Shown here one piece after another: positions 24,701-37,039 of a stretch of DNA of 64,000 bases. The DNA comes from Macrostomum hystrix (lineage: Eukaryota; Animalia; Platyhelminthes), in contig CATNEN010000001.1 in NCBI GenBank assembly GCA_950097015.1, positions 20,460,001 to 20,524,000 of the forward strand. Direction: 5' to 3'. The notes under the pieces were generated by a model. That model saw nothing but the letters and a program-made list of their open reading frames with translations, had not been told where the DNA came from and did no database searches. Both the position numbers and the translations under genes were made by a program. How positions within the stretch are numbered: position 1 is the first letter of the stretch; each line of letters starts with the position of its first letter.

Positions 24701-27700
24701 CCGAAAGCCACGCCGCTAAAGCCGACCGAACTGCCGGAGGGCCCCTGGCTCGAGCTGGGGCTCGACTTCCTCGGACCGATAAACGGCAAGTCGCTGCTCG
24801 TCTGTACGGACCACTTCTCCAGGTTCCCGCTCGTGGAGGTCATGGCTAGCACCACCGCCTCCGCCGTCATCAACGTGCTACGCCGGTGGTTTAGCATCTT
24901 CGGGCAGCCGACAAAGGTGACCACAGACAATGGCCCACCCTTCGCATCGGCCGAGTTCAGCAGCTTCCTGATGGATCAGGGCGCACGGCACCATCGGATC
25001 ACGCCTCTCTACCCTCAGGCCAACGGCGCAACGGAGCGGTGCAATCAAGGGCTGAACAAGGCTATCCGCGCAGCGATCGTCGAAGGCAGGGACTGGACAC
25101 TGGCCCTGGACGAGTACCTGGCAGCGTACAGACGCACTCCGCACTGCTCCACGGGCGTCGCGACGGCCAGTCTGTTATTTGGCAGGCAGATCAACGATGT
25201 GATCCCGAGTCTCCGACACTCGCAGCCCGTCGACGCGACTCGAGCGGCCATTGCCGACAGCGACAGACATGCCAAGGAGGCTATGAAGCGGCACGCCGAC
25301 CGACGCTTCAGAGCCACCGACCACGGCATTCGCGCCGGCGACCGCGTCCTCAGGCGCCAGCAGCCCCGGCAAAAGACCGACGCCTTCTACGAGTCGGCGC
25401 CGTGGACCGTGGCCGAGGTGCAAGGCGACTCCCGGCTCATGCAGCGCGACGACGTCGTCTGCCGCAGGCACGCCACGCAGGTCAAGCGGCTGCCCGGGCA
25501 GCCTGAGCAGTCCGATCAGCAGCCGCTCGAACCTCCCGACGCCCCTGAGCTCACGGAGCCAGTCGCAGCCCGGCTCCACCCACGGCGGGCGAAGGACCCA
25601 GAGAGGAACTACAGAGAACCCGACCTGCGCAGAAGCTGAATTGCTTGATTGACAGACTAAAGTTACAAGGACTGTTCTAAAAACAATTATATTGTTGCCT
25701 GCTACTACTTCTTTCATTTTATTCCCTTAATTTTTCATCCACTTGAGGAGGACTGTCATGCCGTATTCTAATAGCACTCACGTATCGCTTTGCCGGTCAA
25801 TCTAATATGTACATATCACTAACTCTCGCTCACTATGTACATGCCCCCCACGCGCATGTTGATCGTCGGTTGCACGTTGAGGCAAATATATAAATACTGT
25901 CTCGCCCTACTTGGAGGGCTCACCTTTTTCTTCGCACCTCACACAGCGTGACTCTTGAGCTATTACAGTTATAACTGTACAATCTCGGCACAATATTCTC
26001 TGACCGATGTATTCATTAGGAATCACATTTTGGCATGATCGTAGCCCCTCGGCACTCGGCATAGTATAGGTCTTTGTAACATGTTATGAGTTTAGTTACA
26101 GCACACTTCTCAGTTGACAGAAATTTTCCAGCAAAATAATATTTAATGCCGATTTCTAATCTGTCTAAAAGCAAATTGGTTTGAAAACAGATTTTTTCCT
26201 AAAATTCTGAATTCTTTATAAGCAAATTATTTTTACACTAGAAGTTTCATCCATCAAGCTATCTAAATACGAGTACATAATGGTACACGACTGAATATGC
26301 TTATAATGCAAGGCTGGAATACAAAACATTTTTACAAGAAAAAAATTTGCCTACGATAAAAATCTAACTAAAAACTTGCACCTCGAATTAACAGCAAGAA
26401 ATTTCCCGCCCCGACAAGGTCATAACCTTGCTAGAAATATTCTAACGAGGTGCATCGAAGGAACTAGCCAAGGCCACAATCAAACGCTGCATTGTAGCTT
26501 AACGTCGAAGGATTCTATCGTAGAGATAGATTTTGGTTGGGTACTACGGACTGACCAAGGCCGTAGGAAAAATGAGCGATCGAGTGAGTGAGTCATCAAG
26601 GATGCGAATTTCCAGCACTAGAAAGCCGAACGGCAGACTGAAGCAACTATGCCATCGGTCAGAGAGAGTGAGAGAGGCAGGGGTTGTGCAAGCAATGACT
26701 AGCCTATACAATGCCATCTCTGGGGCATGATAGAGAGACAGACAGTGAAGCCAAGCTATATAATAGATAACAGAAGAATGAAGGGATATATATATATTTT
26801 CTATAAAGTCCGTTAGCTAGATGCGGCACACATGGTATAAAGAACACGGAATCCCGGACATTGCCATAGAAATAGGCTGCGTTCAACAAATTGACTATCC
26901 ACCATACACAATCTAAATACAGATGGCATACCTAATACGCTTTTCATTCGAATGAAAAAAAAAATTAACCAAGCATTGCCAGATAAATTTATCAATTAGC
27001 ATTTAGAGGGCAAAGCGCACAGGGATTCTAGGAAAGATAGGGATAAATGATTTGGTTATATGTTTAAATAAAATTTAGGCGATAAGTGATTGGTTACGCG
27101 TTTTTAAGAAATGAAGCCGATAAATGAATGGTTAGAGGTTTCTATGAAATATAGGAGATAAATGAATGGTTAGAGGTTTCTATGAAACATAGGAGATAAA
27201 TGAATGGTTAGAGGTTTCTATGAAATATAGGAGATAAATGAATGGTTAGAGGTTTCTATGAAATATAGGAGATAAATGAATGGTTAGAGGTTTCTATGAA
27301 ACATAGGAGATAAATGAATGGTTAGAGGTTTCTATGAAATATAGGAGATAAATGAATGGTTAGAGGTTTCTATGAAATATAGGAGATAAATGAATGGTTA
27401 GAGGTTTCTAGGAAATATAGGAGATAAATGAATGGTTAGAGGTTTCTATGAAATATAGGAGATAAATGAATGGTTAGAGGTTTCTATGAAATATAGGAGA
27501 TAAATGAATGGTTAGAGGTTTCTAGGAAATATAGGAGATAAATGAATGGCTAGAGGTTTCTAGGAAACAAAGGAGATGAATGAATGGCTAGAGGTTTCTA
27601 GGAAATATAGGAGATGAATGAATGGTTAGAGGCTTCTATGAAATATAGGAGATTAATGAATGGTTAGAGGTTTCTATGAAATATAGGAGATAAATGAATG

Positions 27701-30700
27701 GCTAGAGGTTTCTAGGAAACAAAGGAGATGAATGAATGGCTAGAGGTTTCTAGGAAATATAGGAGATGAATGAATGGTTAGAGGTTTCTAGGAAATATTG
27801 GAGATGAATTACCGATTAGGTAATTAGATGAAATAGATAATGAATGAAATAATTAATCAATCAACATATTCTAGGAAAACAAAGAGATTCTAAGAAAATA
27901 ACCGCTAGATTAGTACTGAGGCTCACCTGCAGGAAGTCCACAGCGGCCTCACGAAGCACCTCCTGAGCGTCGGCATCAGACAGGAACTGATCAGCGAGCT
28001 CCTTCTGCTGTTTGATATAGTACCTGGCATTCAGGGCCAGCCTGTTCCCCAGATCCTGCAGACTATCCGGAAGGGTCCGCCTGCGAATCAACGGCCCGAC
28101 ATTGACGCTGACCTCCATGAGTTTGTACTCATTGCTGGGACCGTGCAGGCCAAACTCCTGCACAGCCAGCATCACCACCTCGTGCGCCGAGGTGATGCGA
28201 TTGATGCACAGCAGCTTGAAGGCACCGTCGGGTCGAAATACTCGAATCACGTGATCGGGCAAGTCGCTGGTTGCCAGGCCGCCCACGCCAACGCTGAGAT
28301 CCGGATTCGATGCGGAGCCTTTCAGAGCCTGCCCGCCAGCCGAATGATGCTGCTCAGAGGCGCCGTTGTCGCTGCCAGCCCTGCCAGGGGCATGCTGCCT
28401 GCCCGCTGCGCGACCAAGCGAGCCGCCGCCGGCCACGCTGCCGCCATTGCCCGAATCTGATTGGCTAGCGGAGCTGGGCACGCTAGCCGCGGCCTGCAGT
28501 AGGTGCTGATGAAAGTGCAGAGGGTCCCAGCGTAGGCTGAGCTCCAGCTTGGCCTCCTGCTGCGGCTGCTGTAGTTTGGGAATAAGGAGAGTTCGAGCAC
28601 TTTTAGCTTGAGCACTGTTTTCGATGGAATAACAAATTGCAGGTTTCAGGTTATGTAATTTTACCCAGGAAGCAAAATAAGAGGATCTAAAGCATTGGGA
28701 TAATTTGAATGTGACACAGGGATCTTTAACACAGGATCCCAATCCAACAGGATCCTAAATGGGATCTGAAGAATCCCAGATCCCAGAGCGCACACAAACC
28801 TGGAGTAGCAGAGTCCGCAATTTAGTCACAGGCATCTGATCCACCGGCTGTCCGCCGATGCTGACAACCTGATCAGCAGCTCGGATGCCAGCCGCGGCGG
28901 CCGGACTGCCGTCGGCGACGTCGCGGACGAAACAGACTCCGTCGGCGATGTGAAATCGCACGCCGGCGTTCACCATAGGACAGACGGCTTTGCGCAGTCG
29001 AGACTTTGTCGAGCAGGCGATGCGAAGCAGATTCTGGGCTCCCCTCGTCTCCTCTCGACGTTCCAGTTGTCGTTCGAACTGTTGCAACAGGCGGAACAGG
29101 TCGGCGGAGTCGTCGAAATCGTTGAAATGATTGTTGGTCCACAGAAGGAACACCCGCACGGCCCTGTTGGCCTGCTCGCCGCCGCAGCCGAGGCCTTCAA
29201 TCAGTCGCTTAGCAACGGGCAGGCCGCTTTCTAAGAATGTCCGATAAGTCAGGAGGAAATCGTCGGCGTAGTTGGGATCTGAAGAGGAGCCACTGCGGCA
29301 CTCCAGCAGCTGTTCAATGAGGGCCGTGGGGGTGCCACGGATGACAGTGTGCTGTTTTTTTAGAGTGCCAGACTCCAGGGTTCGAATCTCCTTCACCAGA
29401 TGGACGCTGCCGTCAGATGCGCGAACGTCGACCGTATTCTCCGCCTCGGCTGACAGCACTGTGCAGTATTGCTCCTGTTAATTGGATTTTAGGGGAGAAA
29501 AATAGATCTTCTACGTGAAAGGTTCTTGGGAAATTTGCTGAAAAACCTTGGAATCGAGCTGACGGACCTAGATGTTTCTAAGAAACGTGTTTTTTAAGGC
29601 AAAACTTGAAAAAATACTTCCCGGAAGTTGAGAAAGGTTATAGAAATCTGTATTTATGGTAGTAACAATATTAGATAACAGAAAACAGACACGCACGACC
29701 TACCTGGGTGATGAAAGCGAAGCGACAGTTAGGCACCAGAGACCGCATCACTCCCACGTGAAACTGTCGCTCAGTGGTCGGCTTGACTCCAAAAGCGTCA
29801 CCGCAATGCAACTGCACCGGGGCATTGCCAGGACGTTGAATCTCTACTTCGCCGTCGACAATGACAGACCAGGAGTCGAGTTTCTCGCCGTCGTCCAGCA
29901 CAATTTTGCCGGGTTGTTCAACCACAGCGTAGAGCATGCAGCCGGCGAAATGTCGCTGCGTGGCCCGGGTGAAGTTTGAGAACGCGTGCAGGCGTTGAAA
30001 GGCGTCCAGCAGGCAGTCGATGTCCTCGCTGGTTCTTTCACGTGGCTCCTTCTCAAGGGCCACCAGCAGCGGACTTCGCCTTGGCAGGTCTGGGGTGACT
30101 TGGATGCCCTGTGCTGAGTCGCCGTCAAGCATGCGCATCTGCTGATGAATCTCTTCGTCGCTGTCACAGTTCTGGACGGAGCTATCCAGCTCGCCGCTGC
30201 CCGAGTAGGCGGACGAGGTGTCCGAACTGTGCGACATGCGCTTGGCGCCAGAGGAGTCGCTGAGACGCAGCAGCAGAGACTCCTGTGCGTGCATCGGCTG
30301 AGACGGGTGAGAACAGACAATTAAAAACGAGTCCTAGTCAATTCCCTTTGGTTAGATTCTTGTCCCCTGCTGCGGGCAATGGCACATCATTTGGTGACAC
30401 CAGACCCGCAGCCAGCGAGGAGGCAATTCTGCCCATTTCGCTGACTCCTGAGCACACTCTCACACAGGTGTGTACATCTGCACTGACTTTCTCATCGTCA
30501 GGCAGTGTACACTCTCACTGTGCCTTGGAGGTTGGCCCTTAAGGGTGCAAATTGCACGACAAGCCACCAAAATGAATGTGGCCTCGCCGCGGAATCGAAC
30601 TTAGGGACCTTGGTGCGAGAGGCAAACGCTTTAACCGCCCTGCCACTCACCCACCAACGTACGAGTTAAGGAGGGCTGCGGGCAATGGCACATCATTTGG

Positions 30701-33700
30701 TGACAAAGGACAATGGACCCTTTCATTTTCACTACATCCTCATTGTTTAAAATGTTCACGCCCCTGTTTTCAAATTTTATAAGTTTTTTTACATGAATTA
30801 TTATTATTATGATAAGTACACGAGAAACATTGTTAAATCACCTTATGATGCTGGTGCATCATGACAGCCCTGTCCATGCCGCCGACAGCAGCCGTGGAAC
30901 CATCCGGTGCGACAACACCTACGCCTACTGGGTGGTACATCTGATTCAGGGCCACCACTGGCCTCTGCTCCAGGTCCGGGGTGTCGATCTGAGAATAATG
31001 AGAAAGTTGATTCTGTATTTTAGACGGGGAAACGGTACATTGGTAAACATGAAAATCTCAGTTAAGGTTTAGAAGAACAAACTAAAGCATTATCGATAGA
31101 ATACGCTTGAAACCCATTGGATGAAAAATTAAATTGGATTATTTGCCTTGATGCCTGTGTTAAATCCCATTCCCAACACTGAAAATCCTCATGATTAAAT
31201 GCAATCTTTGCAATTAGGATATAGGATAATGACAGACTAGGAGACACGGGGCAAGCTGGGATATGGGATAATGATGGGCAAGCTGGTATATGGGATAATA
31301 ATGGGCAAGCTGGGATATGGGATAATGATGGGCAAGCTGGGATATGGGATAATTATGGGGCAAGCTGGGATATGGGATAATCATGAGCAAGCTGGGATAT
31401 GGGATAATGATGGGCAAGCTGGGATATGGGATAATGATGGGCCAGCTGAGATATGGGATAATGATGGGCAAGCTGGAATATGGGATAATGATGGGCAAGC
31501 TGGAATATGGGATAATGATGGGCAAGCTGGGATATGGGATAATCATGAGCAAGCTGGGATATGGGATAATGATGGGCAAGCTGGGATATGGGATAATGAT
31601 GGGCAAGCTGGGATATGGGATAATGATGGGCAAGCTGGGATATGGGATAATGATGGGCAAGCTGGGATATGGGATAATCATGAGCAAGCTGGGATATGGG
31701 ATAATGATGGGCAAGCTGGGATATGGGATAATGATGGGCAAGCTGGGATATGGGATAATGATGGGCAAGCTGGGATATGGGATAATGATATCAAGCTGGT
31801 ATATGGGATAATGATGGGCAAGCTGGGATATGGGATAATTATGGGGCAAGCTGGGATATGGGATAATTATGGGGCAAGCTGGGATTTGCAGATAGTGAAC
31901 GACTAGGAAACGAATTAAGATCCCACAGCAGTGTGGTCTTACCACAATGACTGCGCCGTGAACACGAAATCGGAACGATGCCAGAAAGTTATTCATTTAC
32001 AGAACAGAAAATGAACACACTAACTAAGCTAATTTGTATAGCCTATAAACACAGTTATCACACCAGTTTAAATACGGATTTCCCTTAGACAATGGGCTAA
32101 TATAAGCAGATGACTTACTAGTGTAAACACCACCCAAAGCACATTGTCATGCATAGGAATCGTGCAATCGTGCAATTTAAAAGCAGCATCTAGATTCGCA
32201 TCGTTCTATATATAGCTGTTTTAATTCTATCTTCTATCTATCGTCTGATTTGCAGTTAAAAGAAAAACTAATCACTATAGTAACCTATGAGAGACATTCT
32301 AAAAATATCGGAATATAGCAGCTACAATAAATGTAAGTATGGATTCAGATTAGGTCGCATACAATCAAAGTGGTAAATTGACAACATATTTTGATTTCAC
32401 TTTCACTATTTTTATTTTATATTACTCTTTTGACAGCTACGTCTTATTTTGTTCCCGTCAAATTTCTCTATCCCTTCCAACATTCTGATGTTCTATTTTG
32501 CCTTCTTAAAATTTCCTTACCTTCTCATATTCACCTTCCTTCTCATATCCTCTCTCCCTTCTCATATTCTCTCTCCCTTCTCATAGTCTCTCTCCATTCT
32601 CATAGTCTCTCTCGGACTTTTCATATCTTCCCTTCTCCTTTCTGAAATCTACTCTACCTTGTCAAATCCCCTCTACCTTGTCAAATCCTCTCTCCCTTGT
32701 GAAATCCTCTCTCCCTTGTGAAATCCTCTCTCCCTTGTGAAATCCTCTCTCCCTTGTGAAATCCTCTCTCCCTTGTGAAATCCTCTCTCCCTACTGAAAT
32801 CCTCTCTCCCTACTGAAATCCTCTCTCCCTTGTGAAATCCTCTCTCCCTACTAAAATCCCCTCTCCCTTGTGAAATCCTCTCTCCCTTGTGAAATCCTCT
32901 CTCCCTACTGAAATCCTCACTCCCTTGTCAAATCCTCTCTCCCTTGTCAAATCCCGTCTCCCTACTTATGAACTCTCAATTGGCAATGAAGCAACAAGTG
33001 CTGCCAAAACCAGTGTGAGAATGACCCAGACAACAATGCCGCAGCATTAGAGAACTCACCACAAGCAGGTCGCAGGCCTCCAAACAGATGCAGTCTTCAC
33101 GCCGGTAAATATCTCTGCCTATTCGGCGGCCGAAGCTACACAAAAAGAATGATAAAAGAAGGAATTAAGAAATACGAGTATAAATTCTGGCCTGCAATAA
33201 TCGTAAGATAAAAGCTTATCTATATGATGGATATACTAGTTTATATAATTGTATAGAATGCACGTTGAAAGCACACACATAGCTAACTTGTGTGCGAGCA
33301 CACGTGCACATAGGCTAGCAAGCCTGCTAATATACAGCATGGTGTGCAGTCTAGTACCAGACTGTGCTAGGACACCAGGGATATTGGTGTAGGCTCTTAG
33401 CGTTAACAGAGGGGGTGAGGGGGAAAGGCTAAAAGGGTGGCAGGGGCGGGTGGCAGCATTTCACAAATGTCCAATCCATGCGCTGGGATGTGAATCTCTG
33501 TAGGTCACGAGACGGGGGTGTTAGTCGTGTGTGGGTGGGGTCTTATTGTAGGCATGAAGCCTAGCAGCGCGAGTGTGATATTAAGCGAAGCGAATTATGC
33601 ATTATATAATTTACTAATGCTTAATGCTTACTGCAACATGCTTCAATACATAAGCTATGTGGGCTACGTTTCACTAATGGGTAAAATAGTAAATACTATC

Positions 33701-36418
33701 AGATAAGAAATCATTGATTACGATAAAGCATAATACAGTTCTAATACATATCATTTTCATGTTTGCCTCAGTGCAATAAAAATAGGTAATGACCAACAAC
33801 GACACTTATGACAGTATGGGAAATGACCAATCATGACACTTATGACAGTATGGGTAATGACCAACCACGACATAAATGACAGTATGAGTAATGACCAACC
33901 CTGACACAAATGACAGTATGGGTAATGACCAGCTCAAACACTAATGACAGTATGGGTAATGACCAGCTCAAACACTAATAACAGTATGGGTAATGACCAG
34001 CTCAAACACTAATAACAGTATGGGTAATGACCAACCCTGACACAAATGACAGTATGGGAAATGACCAACCCTGACATATATGACAGTATGAGTAATGACC
34101 AACCCTGACATAAATGACAGTATGAGTAATGACCAACCATGACACTAATGACAGTATGGGTAATGACCAACCATGACACTAACGACAGTATGGGTAATGA
34201 CCAAACATGACACTAATGACAGTATGGGTAATGACCAGCTCAAACACTAATGAGAGTATGGGTAATGACCAGCTCAAACACTAATGAGAGTATGGGTAAT
34301 GACCAGCTCAAACACTAATAACAGTATGGGTAATGACCAACCCTGACACAAATGACAGTATGGGTAATGACCAACCCTGACATATATGTCAGTATAGACC
34401 ATATAATGCCAGTATAGGCAATGACCGACATAATAACCTAATAACAGTTGTGATCAATTTATTGATGAGAAAAAAACTGTTTCTAAAAAATGCACACTAA
34501 ACTCACCATGTTGGCGGGAAGAACATTTTGCCGCCAAGGAAAATTGATCCGGATAGCAATATATACCAGCACGTGATACGACTGCCATTGCTGCAAATTT
34601 AAATCAGCATTACAATTATTTTGTGCTACTTACTACTTTCAAGTAGCATGGTAAAATTGTGGCAGGACAATTTAAACAAGAGAGACGTGGGTTGAGACTA
34701 ATCCTGAGGATCTGGAGTGGGTTGAGACTAATCCTGAGGATCTGGTGTGGGTTGAGACTAATCCTGAGGATCTGGAGTGGGTTGAGACTAATCCTGAGGA
34801 TCTGGAGTGGATTGGGACTAATCCTGAGGATCTGGAGTGGATTGGGACTAGTTCTGAGGATCTGGAGTGGGTTGAGACTAATCCTGAGGATCTGGTGTGG
34901 GTTGAGACTAATCCTGAGGATCTGGAGTGGGTTGAGACTAATCCTGAGGATCTGGTGTGGGTTGAGACTAATCCTGAGAATCTGGAGTGGGTTGAGACTA
35001 GTCCTGAGAATCTGGTGTGGGTTGGGACTAGTCCTGAGGATCTGGCGTGGGTTGGGACTAGTCCTGAGGATCTGGCGTGGGTTGGGACTAAGTCCTGGGG
35101 ATCTGGAGTGGGTTGGGACTAATCCTAAGGATCTGGAGTGGGTTGAGACTAATCCTGAGGATCTGGTGTGGGTTGAGACTAATCCTGAGGATCTGGAGTG
35201 GGTTGGGACTAATCCTGAGGATCGGCAGTGTTGGGATGGAACACAGAGATCAGAGGAACGCCAAGAATATAATCGGTGAATGTCACCTGAAGATGACAGT
35301 GTTGGGCACTGGATATTCCTCGTGTCGAATAATCCAAGCGATAGATTTGAGCAGATTCTCTCGATAATGCTTGAGTTCGTCAATGCTGCGCAGAAAAGCG
35401 AACAGAAAGTCGTGCTCCTGTAGCGGTGGAAAATTTGCTAGGAATGAGTTACTGTTTCTTTACATAGCAAGCATTTGAATAATTTCCAATGAAACCAATG
35501 AAAACTGACTTCAACTGACTGGATGCATTTTCAGCCTATGTAAACACAAATTTATTGCCTACCAAATTTAGCCAAGAATGTCGACAAACGATTGTGTAAC
35601 ATTCGAATTTATTCTGTTAAAATGAAATGCATCAGATAGGTATTTACACACGTTTGTAGCTCGCATAATATCATAATGCCTAACTACTGCAGTTCTGGTC
35701 AAGTGGGTGACCGCATCGCATCAACTGTCATCATGTCTATTTTTACCGCCCGTTATATTCTAGCTAATAAAGATTCGCTTGAAAGTTTCTTATCGGATAA
35801 TAATAATAATAATAGTAATAATTGCAGGAGGGCTGCCGGCAATGGCACATCATTTAGTGACACTAGACCCGCAGCCAGCGAGGACTCGAGGAGGCAATTC
35901 TGCCCATTTCGGCGGCTCCTGAGCACACACGCACACAGATACTGTACGCAGGCACACTCTCACACAGGTGTGTACATCTGCCCTGACTTTCTCATCGTCA
36001 GGCAGTGTACACCTCACTGTGCCTTGGAGGTTGGCCCTTAAGGGTGCAAATTGCACGACAAGCCACCAAGCCAAATAAATGTGGCCTCGCCGTGGAATCG
36101 AACTTAGGGACCTTGGTGCGAAAGGCAAACGCGTTAACCGCTCTGCCACCGACCCCCTTATCGGATAATAAGCCTGTCACTCTAGTTTAGACCTTTGAGT
36201 CTGTTTGATAAGATTTTTGTGCAGACCAGAAACCTGTAAGATAGTATTTTAATAACCGATTAAGAGTAAAAGCGGAGAACAGAACATCAGCTACTGAGCA
36301 TGCATAATGAGCTGGGCACACGAAGGCACACAATTTACTTGCTTCTTACCTCGTCAGTTCGCTCATGACTCGGAATGCGCAGAATTTTAATTAGGTCGCT
36401 GTAATCGTTGTTAAACAT
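12749..36418 (-). CDS. RAPGEF2: Rap guanine nucleotide exchange factor 2/6 (PDZ-GEF), complete multi-exon gene
   Basis: Domain order is cNMP-like (WYILLSGSIF), cNMP (LDSWSVIVDGEVEI), REM (VIRGTPTALIEQLL; DDFLLTYRTFL), PDZ (VADGSPAAAAGIRAADQVVSIGG), RA (PDHVIRVFRPDG...LALNARYYIK) and RasGEF (LKHFLKVAQHCRQLNNLN; IPYLPILCKDL; GLVNFEKLR), followed by two PPPY motifs and a C-terminal ITFV*. Approximate exons: 36418-36350, 35417-35287, ~34591-34507, ~33137-33059, ~30988-30842, ~30297-29704, ~29476-28799, ~28569-27927, ~17513-16956, ~16501-15989, ~15679-15504, 12834-12749. RAPGEF2 versus RAPGEF6 cannot be resolved. Confidence 0.93.
13550..14280. repeat. ~15-bp purine-rich minisatellite GGGGAAGAAAGAAAT
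   Basis: Direct reading. Confidence 0.95.
14897..15215. repeat. 16-bp minisatellite GGACAGGTGGGGAASA
   Basis: Direct reading. Confidence 0.95.
15735..15945. repeat. ~22-bp minisatellite TGTACAGAATGCTGTAGGATCG
   Basis: Direct reading. Confidence 0.85.
16640..16850. repeat. ~22-bp minisatellite CCTGAAGGGTAAGTGGAGGTTA
   Basis: Direct reading. Confidence 0.85.
18824..19873 (+). CDS. Nested intronless gene: secreted protein with a Cys-containing N-terminal module and a C-terminal LamG/concanavalin-A-like domain
   Basis: Uninterrupted ORF (track 18647-19873). The likely start is ATG 18824, followed by a hydrophobic signal peptide (MIKFAAIKALIFMIVCLSTLYSRIHG). The C-terminus (FIVAGIVFDRVSAGLRFFVN...KIGW...LRGVIRAVAVSNSAVSGDAIRNLF) resembles the LamG_3/pentraxin fold by eye. 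It lies antisense within RapGEF intron 17514-27926. Confidence 0.65.
   Translation: MIKFAAIKALIFMIVCLSTLYSRIHGVEYSAGSSYKFIKSKCLNESMSVWRKSEVSESLVNCFVSSREFRLNSVAVVQRNRQDSSCTMFRFSQVCNLLRLLQGSSSTVTTAGLRNQDCEILVDSEYDAITANQHFSAVWVGDRGPALENVVCGSGGRRNPMRSSGVMWTSEGAVMDGVKSRLWVDDPVGLDFASSYTWVLHLKRTPGKSCFIELAACSNMNSYSDHFFESSIMEGINCSLYLNPGVPSRYQTKSVLPVDPDQFIVAGIVFDRVSAGLRFFVNTEFVQDGQVMSLGQNSVFSQLNRCVKIGWRNPSAYLLRGVIRAVAVSNSAVSGDAIRNLFAGVSLKP
19952..20890. repeat. 64/66-bp satellite, first array
   Basis: ATATTTTGTTATAAATGTAGTCTCTCGGCACAATATCCTGTCACCAATGCATTATTCTGGAATC. Confidence 0.97.
21281..22297 (+). pseudogene. Degenerate paralog fragments of the nested LamG-like gene
   Basis: 21281-21402 resembles the signal peptide/IKSKC.NESMS region. 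21845-22297 matches the C-terminal half (LKRTPDKICFIELSDCS...PGVPKRYQTEPVLPADPEQFVIVGIVFDRVS...IRAVAVYNSALSGDAIRNLFAGVSLK), with a frameshift near 22075 and the middle of the gene missing. Confidence 0.8.
22400..22804. repeat. 64-bp satellite, second array (resumes at 25968-26060 after the LTR insertion)
   Basis: Same unit as the 19952 array. Confidence 0.95.
22805..25967 (+). mobile_element. Ty3/Gypsy LTR retrotransposon, internally deleted and rearranged
   Basis: 214-bp LTRs TG...CA at 22805-23018 and 25754-25967 with 2 mismatches seen, 5-bp TSD GTTAT, PBS TGGCG at 23020, purine tract GAGGAGGA before the 3' LTR. Contains a gag N-terminal fragment, RT (FSELDVAKAFHQI; WVHDDILV), RNase H (RYSQTEREALAV; VITDHKPL) and integrase (HQGHQG...C; TDNGPPF; NGATER) in RT-RH-IN order. 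Confidence 0.96.
26464..26767 (-). mobile_element. Probable non-autonomous Helitron (about 300 bp)
   Basis: On the minus strand the 5' end is A|TCTATTATATAG... and the 3' end has a hairpin GCTACAAT-N10-ATTGTGGC followed by CTTGG-CTAG|T. It sits between A and T with no TSD, which matches Helitron termini. Confidence 0.5.
27120..27810. repeat. 38-bp minisatellite GATAAATGAATGGTTAGAGGTTTCTATGAAATATAGGA
   Basis: Direct reading. Confidence 0.97.
30367..30705 (-). mobile_element. tRNA-derived SINE family A plus a short second fragment
   Basis: Family A body at 30367-30652 and a repeated 3' piece at 30669-30705. Confidence 0.85.
31250..31885. repeat. 27-bp minisatellite GGGCAAGCTGGGATATGGGATAATGAT
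   Basis: Direct reading. Confidence 0.97.
32640..32965. repeat. 19-bp minisatellite TGAAATCCTCTCTCCCTTG
   Basis: Direct reading. Confidence 0.93.
33785..34395. repeat. 34-bp minisatellite GGTAATGACCAACCCTGACACAAATGACAGTATG
   Basis: Direct reading. Confidence 0.95.
34688..35222. repeat. 30-bp minisatellite GTGGGTTGAGACTAATCCTGAGGATCTGGA
   Basis: Direct reading. Confidence 0.97.
35798..36156 (-). mobile_element. tRNA-derived SINE family A, full length
   Basis: A/B boxes on the minus strand, (ATT)n tail and TSD CTTATCGGATAATAA on both sides. Confidence 0.92.
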
Positions 36419-36684
36419 TTAGAGAAAAACTCCTGCTTATGGATTCTGTAGTGCCAAAATTTGCCTCCTGCTTCTCTTTACAAGCCCTTCCGTTGAGCTA
36501 ACTGATGACTTGTTGACTGTTCAGCTAATAACTAGAGCCTCTGATTCAGTGGCTTTCATTGGGAGCTGAGCTGCTGAATTTCTGAAAACTGTAAATCATA
36601 TGGACATTATTTCAAAACACGCATTTAACAAAATAACAAGAAATCAGTACATGCACTTTTAGTAAGACAGATTGTTGGAATGTG

Positions 36685-36865
36685 CATGACTCTTAAGATT
36701 CATGGCTTAAAGGTCAGGGGTTCGAGTCCTGAATACAATGGTAGAATTTGTATCCGTTAGCGAGAAGCTTCGCTCTGCATGGCCTCACTTCACCCAGCTG
36801 TTAAATGGGAACCAACATTAGCTTGGCTAATTGTGGTTGAGTGTGGCATTCCCACGGGGCATACT
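36685..36865 (+). mobile_element. tRNA-derived SINE family B fragment
   Basis: B box GGTTCGAGTCC followed by the core CACCCAGCTGTTAAATGGG shared with the 54807 and 49470 copies. Confidence 0.7.
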
Positions 36866-37039
36866 AAATTCTATATGCTTCTTTTAAACATACAATTGAG
36901 GTCATAATCATGTTTTAGAAAAAATATTTTCAAGAAAAATGGCTGTCTAGTTAAGGATGTGTTATTTAGGATATAAACTGTGTTTGCAAAGATTAAAGCA
37001 AAAACTGCTAGAATATCTTAGCATAGGCCTACTTGACTT

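Noticed and set aside
35676-36190. Recurrent short ORFs ([18 protein letters not shown]...) here and at 3134, 30285, 37073 and 53956
   Set aside because: They are translations of SINE family A copies, not a gene family.
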